Shown: in pieces, positions 26,088 through 38,785 of the stretch | Position numbering within the stretch: position 1 is the stretch's first letter | Layout: every line of letters starts with the position of its first letter | Origin: Takakia lepidozioides | Taxonomy: Eukaryota > Plantae > Bryophyta | Length of the DNA stretch: 64,000 nt | Assembly (NCBI GenBank): GCA_030704615.1 | Contig: CM060733.1 | Span: 37,324,001-37,388,000 of the forward strand | Direction of reading: 5' to 3' | Made by a program: the position numbers and the translations under genes | Notes under the pieces: model-generated | Databases searched by the model: none | What the model saw: the letters and a program-made list of their open reading frames with translations, nothing else | What the model was told of the DNA's origin: nothing

Positions 26088-29000
26088 CACTACTACAGAT
26101 TAATGTTTTTATGACTACGGGTGATATAAACCTTGGTAACCATGACTATACATGTGACTACGAGGTGATGAAACCCATTGTTGGGCGCATTTTAATATAT
26201 TTTAATCTAATGCAGTCATATGTTTTACTACATGACTAGGAGCCGCGGTCAAACATTGTTGACCATGAATATAAGCTTGGGTTATATAACTAGTAGTCAT
26301 ACACAATACTACATGTTAGACATGTGTCATATAAGCTTATGACTAAATGACTACACCAGTACTACACATTGATGACATGCCATAGAAGCTTATGACTAGA
26401 TGACTACATGAGGTTTCACAACTCTGTTTATATGACTACATCACTACACGTGGCATCTTAAGGCATATACATAAATGGGTTCATCCATTGGATGACCTCA
26501 TCCATCTATCTTTAACGAAGCACTTGTGTCAATGGAATGACACAAAGTGCAAAAAGTTAAAAAATTCAAAAAGTTGCTTTAGGGTTGCCCACGTTCAGCC
26601 GTGAACACAGTGTAGTGTGAATGCAAGGGAGTGACATTGAAATTTTTGTTGTTACTTGTTCAGATTCTGCATTTCTACAAGACAGGGGCTCTGATACCAG
26701 TGGGAAGGAAGTTGAGCTATCCATGTGAGTTTATTTCATCCATTGAATGGACAGATTTTCTCCCTGATCTATCATCCCAACGATGGCGGAGTACTTCTAT
26801 ACTTTCCAAGTTATTTCAAGAGTTGAGAAAAGGATTTTCGCCTGGATGGAAGTGGGTAAGCTATGAAACAATGGATTTTTCATCCACCGGATGAATGAAG
26901 TTCATCCATGTTCTAGGAACGTCATGGGAACATTGGAACGCTCGACCAAGATATAGCCTAAGTACCTGCGATTTTCATCCATCCATGATTTATCATCTAT
27001 GAGGATGAACGTATGGCCAGGTGTGTTTTTCATCCAGGAGATGAATGAACTTCATTTGTGCGCGATGGCGGGGAATGCCCTACAGGGTGCTATGAGCAGA
27101 AGAACGAGCAAGAGTGTGTGTAACAGGGAGCATAGGCAGGAAAACACTTAGTGGATTCTGCTGCGGGCAATGGAATGAGCAGGGAGAGTAGGCAGGGACA
27201 CAAATAGCAGATTTAGCTCTGTGTTAATGGTACCGCATCTTCTTGGTAATGATCGATTTCTGGGAGATTACCTTACGGGGAGAACGTCGTGGCATGCGGT
27301 GCAGCAGTCAGTTAAGGGGCGATGCTTGGTAGGGTGTGCAGCTGCAGGCGGTGCTGCCTCTTTCTTTATGATGATCTATTTCAGAAAGATCAAGTTACGG
27401 GGGAGACCACGTGGTGTGTTGTGCAAGTACAGGTGAAGGGAAGCAGTGGTTTTATGATTCTTACTTGATAAAGATGACCTCAAAGGAGGAGCAGAGTGGG
27501 TAATGAATCGGTTCACCAGTAAGATAGGGTTCGTAGGCATGTGAATATGCCGAGCAAGGCAATCTATTTTTGACAAGACAGAACGAGTTCTCTGTGTTTT
27601 TTTTGTTTATCTTGTTGTAGGCCTCTGATTAGAGGTAGTGATGAAGGAGATGAGGGCAGAAGGCAATGGCAGCCTGGTAAATCGGGCTGCAACTAGTAGG
27701 AGATAAGGAAGAAAAGGGAAGCACGATAACCTAAGTGTGTGGTGTTGCCAAGGGCTATGGCAACGATGGAGTACTGGCGGGCATGACGGCTGAGCGATAC
27801 CAACCTGTTTATGACGATTAGATGCGGGTAACATGTTTCTACCTGGTTTTGATTATAGTTTAGGCATATAAATAGTAGTGGTGATGAAGGAAGGGGTGGA
27901 AAGGACTGGCGGTGTGGTGATCCGTACTGCTGATCGTGGAAATTAGGGCCTGTCGAGTTGTTGAATTTATGACGGGCTGCTGAGGCGGTTGTGAAAGATT
28001 TTAGCACCATAGAGTAATGTATGATGTCTATCTGGGTGCGCCAGTATGGCAGTGACAACGGCAGATGAGATCGAGCTGGCAGCAGAAGCGGGGAAGGGGG
28101 ATGAACCGGCAGATAAACATCCACCGCTTAAGGGAGGATATAAGAACAACTAAGTGCGATGATTTGGAGGCTTCTTTTTTTTTTTACTTAGGATAGATGT
28201 TGTTGAAATTTCTGGTTGATGCTCTCAAGTTAGCATGAGGGAGATGATACATTTTTGAAAAATGGAATGAAGGGATTGTTTGAACTTCAAACCAGGGAGA
28301 TGTAGAGAGAAAGGGAGGTGATGGAAGTGTAGATTGGTATGCTGACTGAGGGGATTCAATTCTCCAATCCCTCAGTCACAGAGTGTGTTGTCTTGAGCTT
28401 GCTTTTCATATTCTGGTTCCAGCATTGTGAGTCTGGGATCAACTTTGCATTGGGGTTTTCATGGCAATCAGATCTGCAGAGAACTTGCTGTAGGGTAGAG
28501 ATAAGAGGGAGTTGCTGGATAGTATCATGGATTGGGAATGGGGGCTCTATCTGTCAAGAGTTAGGGTCTGGTACAGCACCAACATGCACCAAGTAGTGGG
28601 ATGCATTTGGTGAATACTTTACAATCTGATGGTTGTTCCTGCTTTACATATAGTTGCAGTAGGGATTCTCTTGCTTGATGTTGGGTTATCAGACTGAGAG
28701 AGTATAGGGCCCTGGAAACTTATCAATGGATACCTGAGTGCAAGCTAAGATCTTAATTTGTTTGTGGGATGCACACTTAGATAAGAAGGGGTAACTACTG
28801 ACTGCCAAGCTGATTGCTGCTGCAAATAGTAAGGAGGGACTCTGTTTTGGTGATGAGAGAGGACTAAGGAAGAATGTGGTGTATGCTTGTGATTTCAAGG
28901 ATGATTTCTGCAAAGGACCCCACTGGATATCAAAAAGTAAACTTCTCTTGAGCCCATCACAAGTTTGCCTTCATTGGAATTGTCTCTCATCTTTCTTATT

Positions 29001-31957
29001 TCACACTGTAGCTCAACTTTAGGGCTGGAGACATGATACTGCCACTGTGATAACATGAAAGTATCCAAAAACACGTAACAGAGATGAAGAGAAGCTGTGG
29101 ATGAATACTTTTCTGACCCAAGTCAATGCTGGGACACCGAGGCAAAAAGGTGAATGCTTGATACAGGAGAGTAGCAAACGCAATTCAGTATAGGAACTAG
29201 TGTAATAAGTTGAGTTGGGTGTTTCCTAGAACAAATCTAGCTGTCATTATCAGCTACAAGAGACAAAAAGGTGAATGCCTGTTGGACTACAGAGAGAAGC
29301 AGATGCAATATAGAATTGGAAATACTATTATAAGTAGGGCTTGGGTGTTTGCTGGAAGAACTTCACGCCGTCAGTGTCAGCTGCTAGCAGCAAGGCTAAA
29401 GATGTATTTATGATTTTGTACATAGGCAGGGATATATAGCTGAAGGACCAGGGATAGAGGTCCAGATTTATCCAAGAGGGCCACATTTCAAACACAAGAT
29501 TACTTCTGATTCCCTGTGGATCAATAGCTACAAGTGGATAGATGGTCAACTGGAAACAGCAGCGGCAACAACACAATTGATAGAACGAGGCACTGCTGAT
29601 GAAGGTACCTTCTTCAACACATTTCACCCTGTTTTTCCTGCTATCAGAGTCGTCCCTGAATTTTGATGTTGAGCTCTGCAAGGTAGCTGAGGAGAAGCTC
29701 TGGAAGGAATACGTTTAAGACCCCAGTCAATGGTGGAACAATCGAGGCAAAAAGGTGAATGTCTGTTGGAAGCAGACGCAAATCAGCATAGGAACTAGTG
29801 TGACAAGTAGGGTTGGGGTGTTTGCTGGAACAATTCTATGCTGTCATTGTCAGCTGCTAACTGCAAGGCAAGGATGTATGCATGATTTGTGCAGAGGCAT
29901 GGATAGTTGAAGGGGCAGGGATAGAGTGTGGGTCCAGATTCATCCAAGAGGGCTGGATTTCAAGCTCCAGATTACCTATGATTCCATGTGGAAGGATAGC
30001 TACAGGAAACCTGCATAGGTAGATGGTCAACTGGAAGCCGCAGCGGCACATGGGGGCTGGTTGAGTAAACCTTTGATAGTTTGGAGTGACTTTGACATGA
30101 TACTGTCAATGTGACAACAGGAAAGTATCCACAAACATGTAACAAAGACGAGGAGAAGCTGTGGAATGAATACTTTCTGACCCCAGTCAATGGTGAGACA
30201 ATCGAGGCAAAAAAATGAATGCCTGATGGATTACAGAGAGTAGCATATTCTATTAAGCATATGAACTAGTGTGGTAAGTAGGGTTGGGGTGTTTGCTTGA
30301 ACAATTCTAGGCTGTCATTGTCAGCTGCTAGCAGCAAGGCAAGGATGTATGCATGATTTGTGTAGAGGTATGGATAGCTGAAGGGGCAAGGATAGAGTGT
30401 GGGTCCATATTCATCCAAGAAGGCTGGATTTCAAGCTCCAGATTACCTATGATTCCATATAAAATCAGACACTAGTAATCAAGGCACCTTCTTCAACACA
30501 ATTCACCTTGTTTCTCCCTCTAATCAGAAATCGGTTCTAAATTTTCATGTTCAATTCTGCAAGTTAGCTGGTTGAGTGAACCTTTGATAGTTTGAAGTGA
30601 CTTTGACATGGTACTGCCAATGTGACAACAGGAAAGTGTCCAGAAACAGGCAACACAGACGAGGAGAAGCTGTGGAATGAATACTTTCTGACTCCAGTCA
30701 ATGGTGGGACAATCGAGGCAAAAAGGTGAATGCCTGCTGGATTACAAAGAGTAGCAGATGCCATTGAGCATATGAACTAGTGTGATAAGTTGAGTTGGGT
30801 GTTTCCTAGAACAAATCTAGGCTGTTATTGTCAGCTGCTAGCAGCAAAGCAAGGATGTATGCATGATTTGTGTAGAAGCAGGGATAGTTGAAGGAGCAGG
30901 GATAGAGTGTGGGTCTAGATTCATCCAAGAAGGTTGGATTTCAAGCTCCAGATTACCTATGATTCATGTGGAAGGATAGCTACAGGAAATCTGCGTAGAT
31001 GGTCAATTTCTTGCTGCGGTAGTGCTTAGCAACATCGTGCTTGAAGAATGAAGTATATTTTGGGAATATATATAGGCAGATTGGTTCAAACACCATGTCA
31101 GTGTCTGATGTATTAACATCCAATATCGTTCGAAGGTGCAATGTCCTCTGAGGTTGTGTTGTGGTGTTTCTATGGATGACATGTTTGATTGTAGTTGTGT
31201 CTTTCATATTGTATCATGTTGTTGCTTCTGCCAGTCTATGCAACAGGGTTGGTGGTAGAATCTTTCTTTGCCACTCTTTGCAACTGCCAACAGGGTTGGG
31301 GGTCGATTCGTTGGTCATTGAAAGATTAATGCATGCTCTCTTTCCCTGCATAGGGGTTGTGTCTTGGTATAGATGGCCTTTCCTCTTTGCCAATTGTTGT
31401 GCTTATGAGAGCTCCACAAAGTTAAATTTCATATTAATTTAATTTAATTTAATATCTAAATTAGTCATTTAAAATTAAATAACATTTAATAAATTGTAAA
31501 ATCTACATGATCAACACGTGTCAGTCACACCTGCTCCAACGAGACCACGTGCCATCTGTAGTGTTGTAGTGATATAGTCATACCCATAGTCGTGTAGTCA
31601 TAAAGATATGACTACTCCACTGCACCATCAGGTGATGATTACATATGTCAATGCCCAAGGATCCCACGTGTCACGCATAGGCCTCTCCATGTAGGCGCAA
31701 TGTTGTAGTGATGTAGTCGTAACCTCAGTCATAATTTTCAGTCATGTAGTCATATTTATTATGACTACATCACCAAACCCTGCATCACTATCCCATGCCT
31801 CGTCGTCAATGACGACCATGACTTCGCACTTATCACTCCGTAGTCATGGTAGAACTGACTTCGTGTTTGTCACTGCAGAGTGAGGTAGTCATAACAGCAC
31901 TTATCACTTCAAATGCAGTGATATCCATAGTCATAAAAACATTAATCTGTACTAGTG
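26088..31957. mobile_element. Complete non-autonomous CACTA (En/Spm) element, 5870 bp, with captured gene fragments
   Basis: TIRs CACTACTACAGATTAATGTTTTTATGACTACGG versus revcomp CACTAGTACAGATTAATGTTTTTATGACTATGG; 3-bp TSD AAT (26085-26087, 31958-31960); ATGACTAC/GTAGTCAT subterminal repeats at both ends; no transposase seen. Confidence 0.95.
29030..31020 (+). pseudogene. About four tandem ~500-bp units of OSB-type PDF-motif exon pairs (organellar ssDNA-binding motif) inside the CACTA
   Basis: Exon A EEKLWNEYF(S)DPSQWWDNRGKK|GT at ~29085, 29688, 30150, 30661; exon B AG|I(H/Y)PRG(P/L)(H/D)FK..IT.DS(L/M)W..SY at ~29467, 29938, 30408, 30919; stops and frameshifts present. Confidence 0.78.
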
Positions 31958-31968
31958 AATGTATATAT

Positions 31969-34900
31969 TTATTTCCTCAAGGGAGCAGTTTTTCTGCATC
32001 GTCCAAACCACGGCGAATATACTTTACACACTGCAATCGCTGCAAGTAACGGAAACCTGAAATTAAACCACCTTGGTGTGAAGGCTTGTCCTCTCTCTTT
32101 GGTTTTCTGCCTGTCGCCTTTCAGCCAGTCGTAATACCCTTTAATGAAAGACATCACGTAAAACCCACACTCCCAACTGAAAGGTTGTTGGGGCACTTCG
32201 GGAGAGTTGAACTGAAATGCCATTACTTCATCCCATTGTGGAGTCCCAACAGCTGTAGGTGCCTTTCCTTAGGTCAATGATAATGACGCTCCAGTGACCC
32301 CTTCAATGTAAAAATGAACATGCCCGACAATTTCATTAGTCCCAAACCCAACAGACTCTGCAGACCAACAGACCAACATACTCGGCTGTCCAAATGGCCA
32401 ACTGCCCAACAGACAAAACACTCCAACAGATGCAACGGACTAGCAGTCTAACAGGAGTCCAACAGACCATCACATCCAATTCACACGAGAGTCGAGCAGA
32501 CCATGACGTCGAACACACACAGAAGACCCAATATTCAGCAGACTCCAAAATGTGCAACAAGTCTGTCGGGTCTTACCCTTGCAAGACCGGCACCAATATA
32601 TGAGTGCAGTCTTTAATGTCTTTGCCAAGTCGCGCAAGAGTCAAGGCACCATCAAGGTTTGCCACCAAATTTTCGCGTGGGGTTGTGTCGAAAGTCTGGA
32701 AACAAGACCACGTCGACGTTGGCAAAAGAGCGACAATGCCATACGTCCTCGAGTCTAGGGTGTTCTCGAAAAAACGACACTAGACATCCAAAAGTCTGTC
32801 TGAGCACTCCGACTCAACCACGTTCAGTGCTTTCATGTCTTCCGACGCAATGCCACATCGGAACCGCGAGTCTCCTTCAAAAAAGTACACCATGCTATTC
32901 CCAACGGCTATATGTATGGACATCAATTGCCGGAAACGACTTTCAATCCTGCACATACAGTCAGACCCCACCAAGACACCACTCATTCCACAAAGTCCAA
33001 AACCATCAGTCTGTTGCACAGTCTTAGCAGACCGATGAGGGGACCCGAATTACCAGAAAGATAAAAAACCGAAGTCAAGACAGACTCTTAGCAGACCGAC
33101 CAACAGACTCGACAATCGGATAGTGGACATTCGGACATTCGGACAGTGGATAGTGGACATTCGGACAGTTGACTGCATTGCCACAACAGACCAAATAACA
33201 GACGTGACATTCGACAAAGTCGACAAATACAAGTGTGGGGCACTGTTACAGCAGACCGAGTAGAGGCCTCACAAGACTGCAGACAAGAAGCCAGTAGACT
33301 GCCAGAAGATACATACCTACAAAGGCAACTTTAAAAGAACACGACCGAGCAACAGACACATATGACTTACTTCTTCGACGCAAGCAACTCTGCCACCTCC
33401 TTGTCCATGTCCAAACACACGCAGTCCGGTGGACAAGGCCTGCTTCTGCAGTCACCTGGGCAAACTCATGCGCAGTCTGGTGGGACGGGTCTGTTGCTGC
33501 TGCTGCTGTCACCTGGGTAGACTCATGCGCAGTCAGGTGGGCATGGTCTGTTGCTGCAGTCACCTGGGCAGACTCATGCGCAGTCTGGTGGGACGGGTCA
33601 GTTACTGCTGTCGCCTGGGTAGACTCATGCGCAGTCTGGTGGGCCGGGTCTGCTGCTGCAATCACCTGGGCAGACACATGTGCAGTCTGGTGGGCAGACT
33701 CTGCTGCAGTCTTCCGGACAGACTCTCTTAGCTGGGCAGTCACCTTGGCGGAGTCTGGTGAACTCGTCTGAACAAACTTGTTCCTGGTCTCTTGGGCAGA
33801 GTATTGTGGAGTCTGGTGGAAGGGATTCTTAGACGCATGAGTAGACTCATGGGCAGTCTTGCGGGTACTCTGTTGGGCGTGGGAATCATCTACAATCTCC
33901 AGGGCAATGTCGTTGGTAGACTCCGGAACAATGTCATCTACACCCACGGCAGTCTCCTGCCTAGTCTGTTGGACAACTCCCCGTGCAGTCTGTTGGACAG
34001 TCTCCTGCCCTTTATCCCGGTTAGTCCCCTTGTGGTAAGTCTCCTGGCCAGTGAACTCTACAGTGTCTAGGGTAGTCTCCTCTCTCGTCGTCTGTGCACT
34101 CCCATTGGCAGTTTTGTCAGTCTGCTGCTTGTCATGCTCTACCATACGGTGGTTCTGGTCTTGTAGGCGCACCGGGAAGGGTGCAATCAGAGACATGTAG
34201 GGCCGGGTTTGCTGGACTTCCCTCATCGGATTCTGCTGTAAGGTCTATGATGTGGTTTACTGGTCTACAGGTCGGTTTGCTTACTTCAAATTCATCGATG
34301 ACTCTCGCCAGTGAACGAACAAAGACAGGGCTAAGCTCAAAAGTCATACGGGATGATGGATACTGAGGATTTACCGAGGTCATAGTTACATTGTGTGGGC
34401 CAAAATGTGTGGGTGAACTTATCCGGCGGGGAAAAGTTGATTCTGGCACCATTGACAAAGGGTTGGCAGACATTAAAAAGTTGGGTTGGGCAGATGATGT
34501 CCGTTTAAATTGGGTCAAATCAGACATCCATTGTTGGTCAAGCCGTTGAATGTGCCACTGTCCCGTTAAAATAGACTCAGTAACAAATGTTGTGGGCAAG
34601 TCCTGGAGGACAGTCTATGGAGGGTACTATTCAGCAGACTCCACTGAGGTCTGCTGTGAGGTCTTCTGGGTCTTCTGGCAATGCTGGTTTGCAATGGGAG
34701 TGTCCTTTTCAGTGTCATCCTGAGTCTTCTCTTCAGTCTGTTTGCGAGTCTCCTGGTCACAGGCGTCTCGAGACTCCACAGTAGTCTGCTGATTTCCCAA
34801 GGCAGTCTGCTCCATGACATGTCTTGTCTGCTCAATTTCCATGCCAGTCTGCTGAGACTCCAAACTAGTCTGCTGAGACTGCATACCGGTCCGCTGAAAA

Positions 34901-37900
34901 TCCCCGGCAGTTTCCTGAGACCTCCCCCCAGCCTACCAGACCTGGCCAGCCTTACGGACAGTCCCCTGGTTTTCATGACCCTGCACAACCAGGACAACCT
35001 CTCTAGCAGCCCTGGCAAGGGAGTCGAAAGCACTCAGCATGCGATTTCCAGGTCCCGCTGTCCGCCCTGCATGGAACACAAAAAACGATATAAACACATG
35101 CGGTGGAGGATTGGCGGGGGGAAGAAGTGAATGAGACAGAGCAGCGCGCAAGTACCTTCCAGCAAATTTCCAACGAGTCCGATGTCCTTAATTTGGCGGT
35201 CCAGCAGTGCGGAATCAAGGTGGGCAAGCACGGAACTGCGGTCGTGATGCGGCGTTCTAGACCACAATACTTTGAATACGTCTGGTTTGTGCAAGTCAAT
35301 GTCAAACACAACACGCTCCATTACATATGAGAACCACAACATAGCCTCATCTACAACAGACTCTCGTGCTTGTGATCCATCTGTAACAGACTCTCCTGCC
35401 TGTGATCCATGTAGGAAGTCTTGCCGAAGAGTGGGCACAATGATGCCATCCGGTCGAAGTGGACCGCACTCACTGCGGACAAGTGCTTCTTACGGACACC
35501 GAACGTTGGGTGTGCCATAGCCATATGCCGCACCTCCTCTGGGCGAGGGTCATCCATAAGGAGGAGCCGAACAAGGAGTGGCGGTTCATTTCCTTCACTC
35601 AAAGAAGAAACAACAACTTTCCCTGCTTGCACCAGAACATGGTTGGCTTCTTCCGTAGTGTATTCCATGGAATAGAGATAAGGGACAAAGGGCCACCTCC
35701 GGCCCGTTACAATGTGGTGCAGGTCACTGTACCAGTCCAGATGGGCACTTGTGTCACCAATCCTGAAGCGGGGAAGTGTAGGATCCTCTGCGTCCTTCGG
35801 CGCCACCGGTAACGGCGATCTCCACACCCCAAAAATGCCCACAGTGGAGGGGAAATGGGCATAGTCTTCACCCTGTCCAATTTGCCCAGTCTCAAGTATG
35901 AGGTCTGCTGAGGCGTGCTTCGGTCTGCCCATGTGCGAGGAGTTTTACTCATGATTGCTGGCGTGTGCTTCACTGTGGTTTGGTGTGATGAGGTCTGCTT
36001 GAGGTCTGTCGTGGTTTGTTGTGGTCTCCTGAGGAGTGATGAAGTCAGCGGTCTGCTGGAGGGGACCTGCTGACTCCATGTCAAGTTCGTCTATGGCGGC
36101 TGCTAATCCGGGGTATGTCATCAAAATGTACTCGCGAACCCGCTGCACTTCAAGCCGCACCTCACACACTTGCAAATGAGGTTCCTGACGTAGCGTCCGC
36201 CAAGTTGATATGGCTTTGCGAATAGACTGAGCAGTGTGTTGTGCAGCAAAAGGCAAATGAGCTTCATCGGACAGACCGGATCCATTTGACTGACTAAATT
36301 TAATAACACTCAGTAGACAATCGACAGACCATCAGCAGCCCACAATACACATTCAACAGACCACAATCATCAGCAGACCATGATACTTAGCAGACACTCA
36401 TACCTTAGCAGACAATCTGAACTTCAGCAGACAAAAACATTTCAGAAGACCTAATTATGGACGTATTCAGTCTGCTGAAGTCTTCCACAGATGAGCAGAC
36501 TACGTGACAACACAAAAAATAGGTCTGTTGGCTTCACCACAAGTCGGTTCATACGGGAGCTGGCTGCTGTGCAGCAAAACACACATGATCCATTGGGCAT
36601 TCAGAGCTCTAAGATCTCTCATCAGACCACAACACTCAGCAGACCATGGCAATGACCACACCACTGCCTTTAGCAGACTCCAGAGACTGGGGAAGAATAA
36701 CTAAGAGACCGAACTATGGACGTGCATAGTCTGCTGAAGTTCAGCAGACTAATCGACAGTAGTCTAAAAAAAATGCAGAAAATTGCAGGAATGGTTTGAT
36801 AGCATTACCTCGTGAAGTATGTTGCCCGCATCGCCATCACGCATGGCACTCAACCACTTTTCTTCGGCTTCCCGAATACTTGATGTTATCCGTCCTGTCT
36901 GCATATATCTTAAGAAAAAGGGGAAGAACTACGGATCGTCTTGGGGTGGGCAGACCGGTGGGAGAACGCCAAACCGAAGTAGGTGCAATGTTCCCGGGCA
37001 GGCTAGACCAGCAGACTTGTGGGTGGTCTTTTCAGGTCCCATATCTTCGGTCTGCCCAAACCGCAGACCAGGCTGCTGGGTCTCCTGGGCGGTGTGGGCA
37101 AGAGAGGTGTTGTCGTCGAGGCTGTCTATGAGCATGTCCAAGTTTGTCCTCTCAGATAAGGCAATATCCACTACACTGGACAGTGGACCTTGCCCTTCGA
37201 AGTCATTATTTCGGATGATGTTGTCGGTACGCTCGGCAGACCGGCGGGGCAGAACATCGCCAGACTCAGACTCACTGGAGGAACTGATGGGTATAGTCTG
37301 CCGGGACTTTCTGGTCTGGCGCGCATCGGGCGGACTCCCATGTAGGCCTGCAATGCTTACATCCCGAGCAGAGCTTGCCTGACGCGCTTTGGACGGACCC
37401 CCCCTGCAGGACTGACAGGTTTGCATCGCGAGTGGACCTTGCCGCTTTCGCTCCCGCTTTTTTTTTTTGCCCCATCACCGAGTTTTTGCTTGCGGGGAGG
37501 CATAGGCACTTCCTCCAGACTGCACAGTTGCATCCTTCCAGCAGCCCGCCAGTACCGTTGGCGCAATTCCTCTGTACTTCGCGGAATTGGGTTTGCGCCG
37601 CGGCTATTGAAAACAGCCTCATCTTTAGCTTTGTGCGATACCGGTATGGGCCATGGCTTGAAATTCGGTGGAATGGTGCCCTTGCAACCTATGTCCACAC
37701 AATGGCGGTTCAACTAAATTTTGTCCTTTATGGCTTCCTCACAGAAAAGACACCTGAGCCTATCTTTCTTCCATTCTGCGTTCTCCTCCTTGGCTACACG
37801 GAGATCAATACATGCTTCCACTATTTTGCGTTCGTACTCCTTTGGGGAGTACCAATATCTTCGCAGCTTCTTCAAACGCGTGACGTGCACAAAGTCAATC

Positions 37901-37935
37901 CAGTCGGGTCCGCCCTTCGCGCAAGCTTCCTCCAT
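31969..37935 (-). pseudogene. MULE accessory gene: long multi-exon ORF with unrecognised N-terminal domains, Q/T/S-rich repeats and a C-terminal Ulp1-like (C48) protease
   Basis: C-terminal exons give EDMKAL..SDRLLD, THILVPVLQG|HWSVIIID..CWDS and VPQQPFSWECGFYV (His-Asp-Cys triad). Upstream ORF pieces 33246-37935 join through a few stops, frameshifts and GT-AG introns; treating them as one gene is an inference. Confidence 0.72.
33420..33750 (-). repeat. Coding minisatellite (~45-54 bp unit, ~6 copies) encoding HQTAHES(A/T)QVTAATDPS
   Basis: Repeats of GCAGTCTGGTGGGACGGGTCTG..GTCACCTGGG(C/T)AGACTCATGC. Confidence 0.9.
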
Positions 37936-38785
37936 CGCCTATACAACACAACAGAGAAAGGCAGAGGGCCCAACAAAAAAAAAAAGTGCAAAGAATGGAG
38001 GAAAACAGAAAGTGCGAAAACCGGCGAGAACGATTACTACATACGAGGACAGGCAGAGGAGCGAGAACCAAAACGACAAGTACACAGCAGAAGACGAGGA
38101 ACGCAATGGGCTACGGGAGCAACGGTCGTGGCGGCTGTTGGGGTCTAAGATGACTCTCCAAATCTACGCGCGGAAAGAAGTCTACGCAAGGAAGACAGAC
38201 GTTGACATAAAAACAGACCACAGCACCGGCGGGAAGGCGAAGTTCAAGTTCAAGTTGACCCGGGACCGGAAATGCAGTAAACATCCACGGCACGACGTGG
38301 CGCGCCATGATTGACGCCGCCACCGCCGCCACCGCCGCCGTTGCATTTACTAGGTCTACCTAGTGCACAACAGACCGAATGAATAGCAGACAGAGTCCAG
38401 CAGACTAGAATCAACAGACCGATTTGAGCATACCAACACGTAATCCACTAAGCAGGTCCCCCGACTGCAACAGGCTGACGACGAAACAAATTATACAAAA
38501 CAGACAAACTGGCAGGTCGACAGACTGGCAGGTCATGGTCATTATTCCGTCGCCCTCTGTAACAAGCTGCAGGCAGACTAGACTGACGGTGCGACAAAGA
38601 CAACAGACTAGCTGAAAAGACTGGCACGACAACAGACTGGCAGACGGAATGGTGTACAGCCAAATTTTCGACGCGGCACCATGGTTTCACAGTTTCTCAC
38701 AACAGACCAGGGTACACAGATGCCGCAAGACCGTTGTCAGGACAGACTAACATCGCAACAGACTTGCGAACATATTCCAGGCCGA

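Larger units (their letters stand above)
21490..38785. mobile_element. Large decayed Mutator-like element (transposase +, Ulp1-fusion gene -); boundaries approximate, no TIR found
   Basis: Convergent MULE transposase and Ulp1 genes; GC-rich left end; CAGAC/GTCTG-rich non-coding DNA continues up to the gypsy LTR at 38786. Confidence 0.75.
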
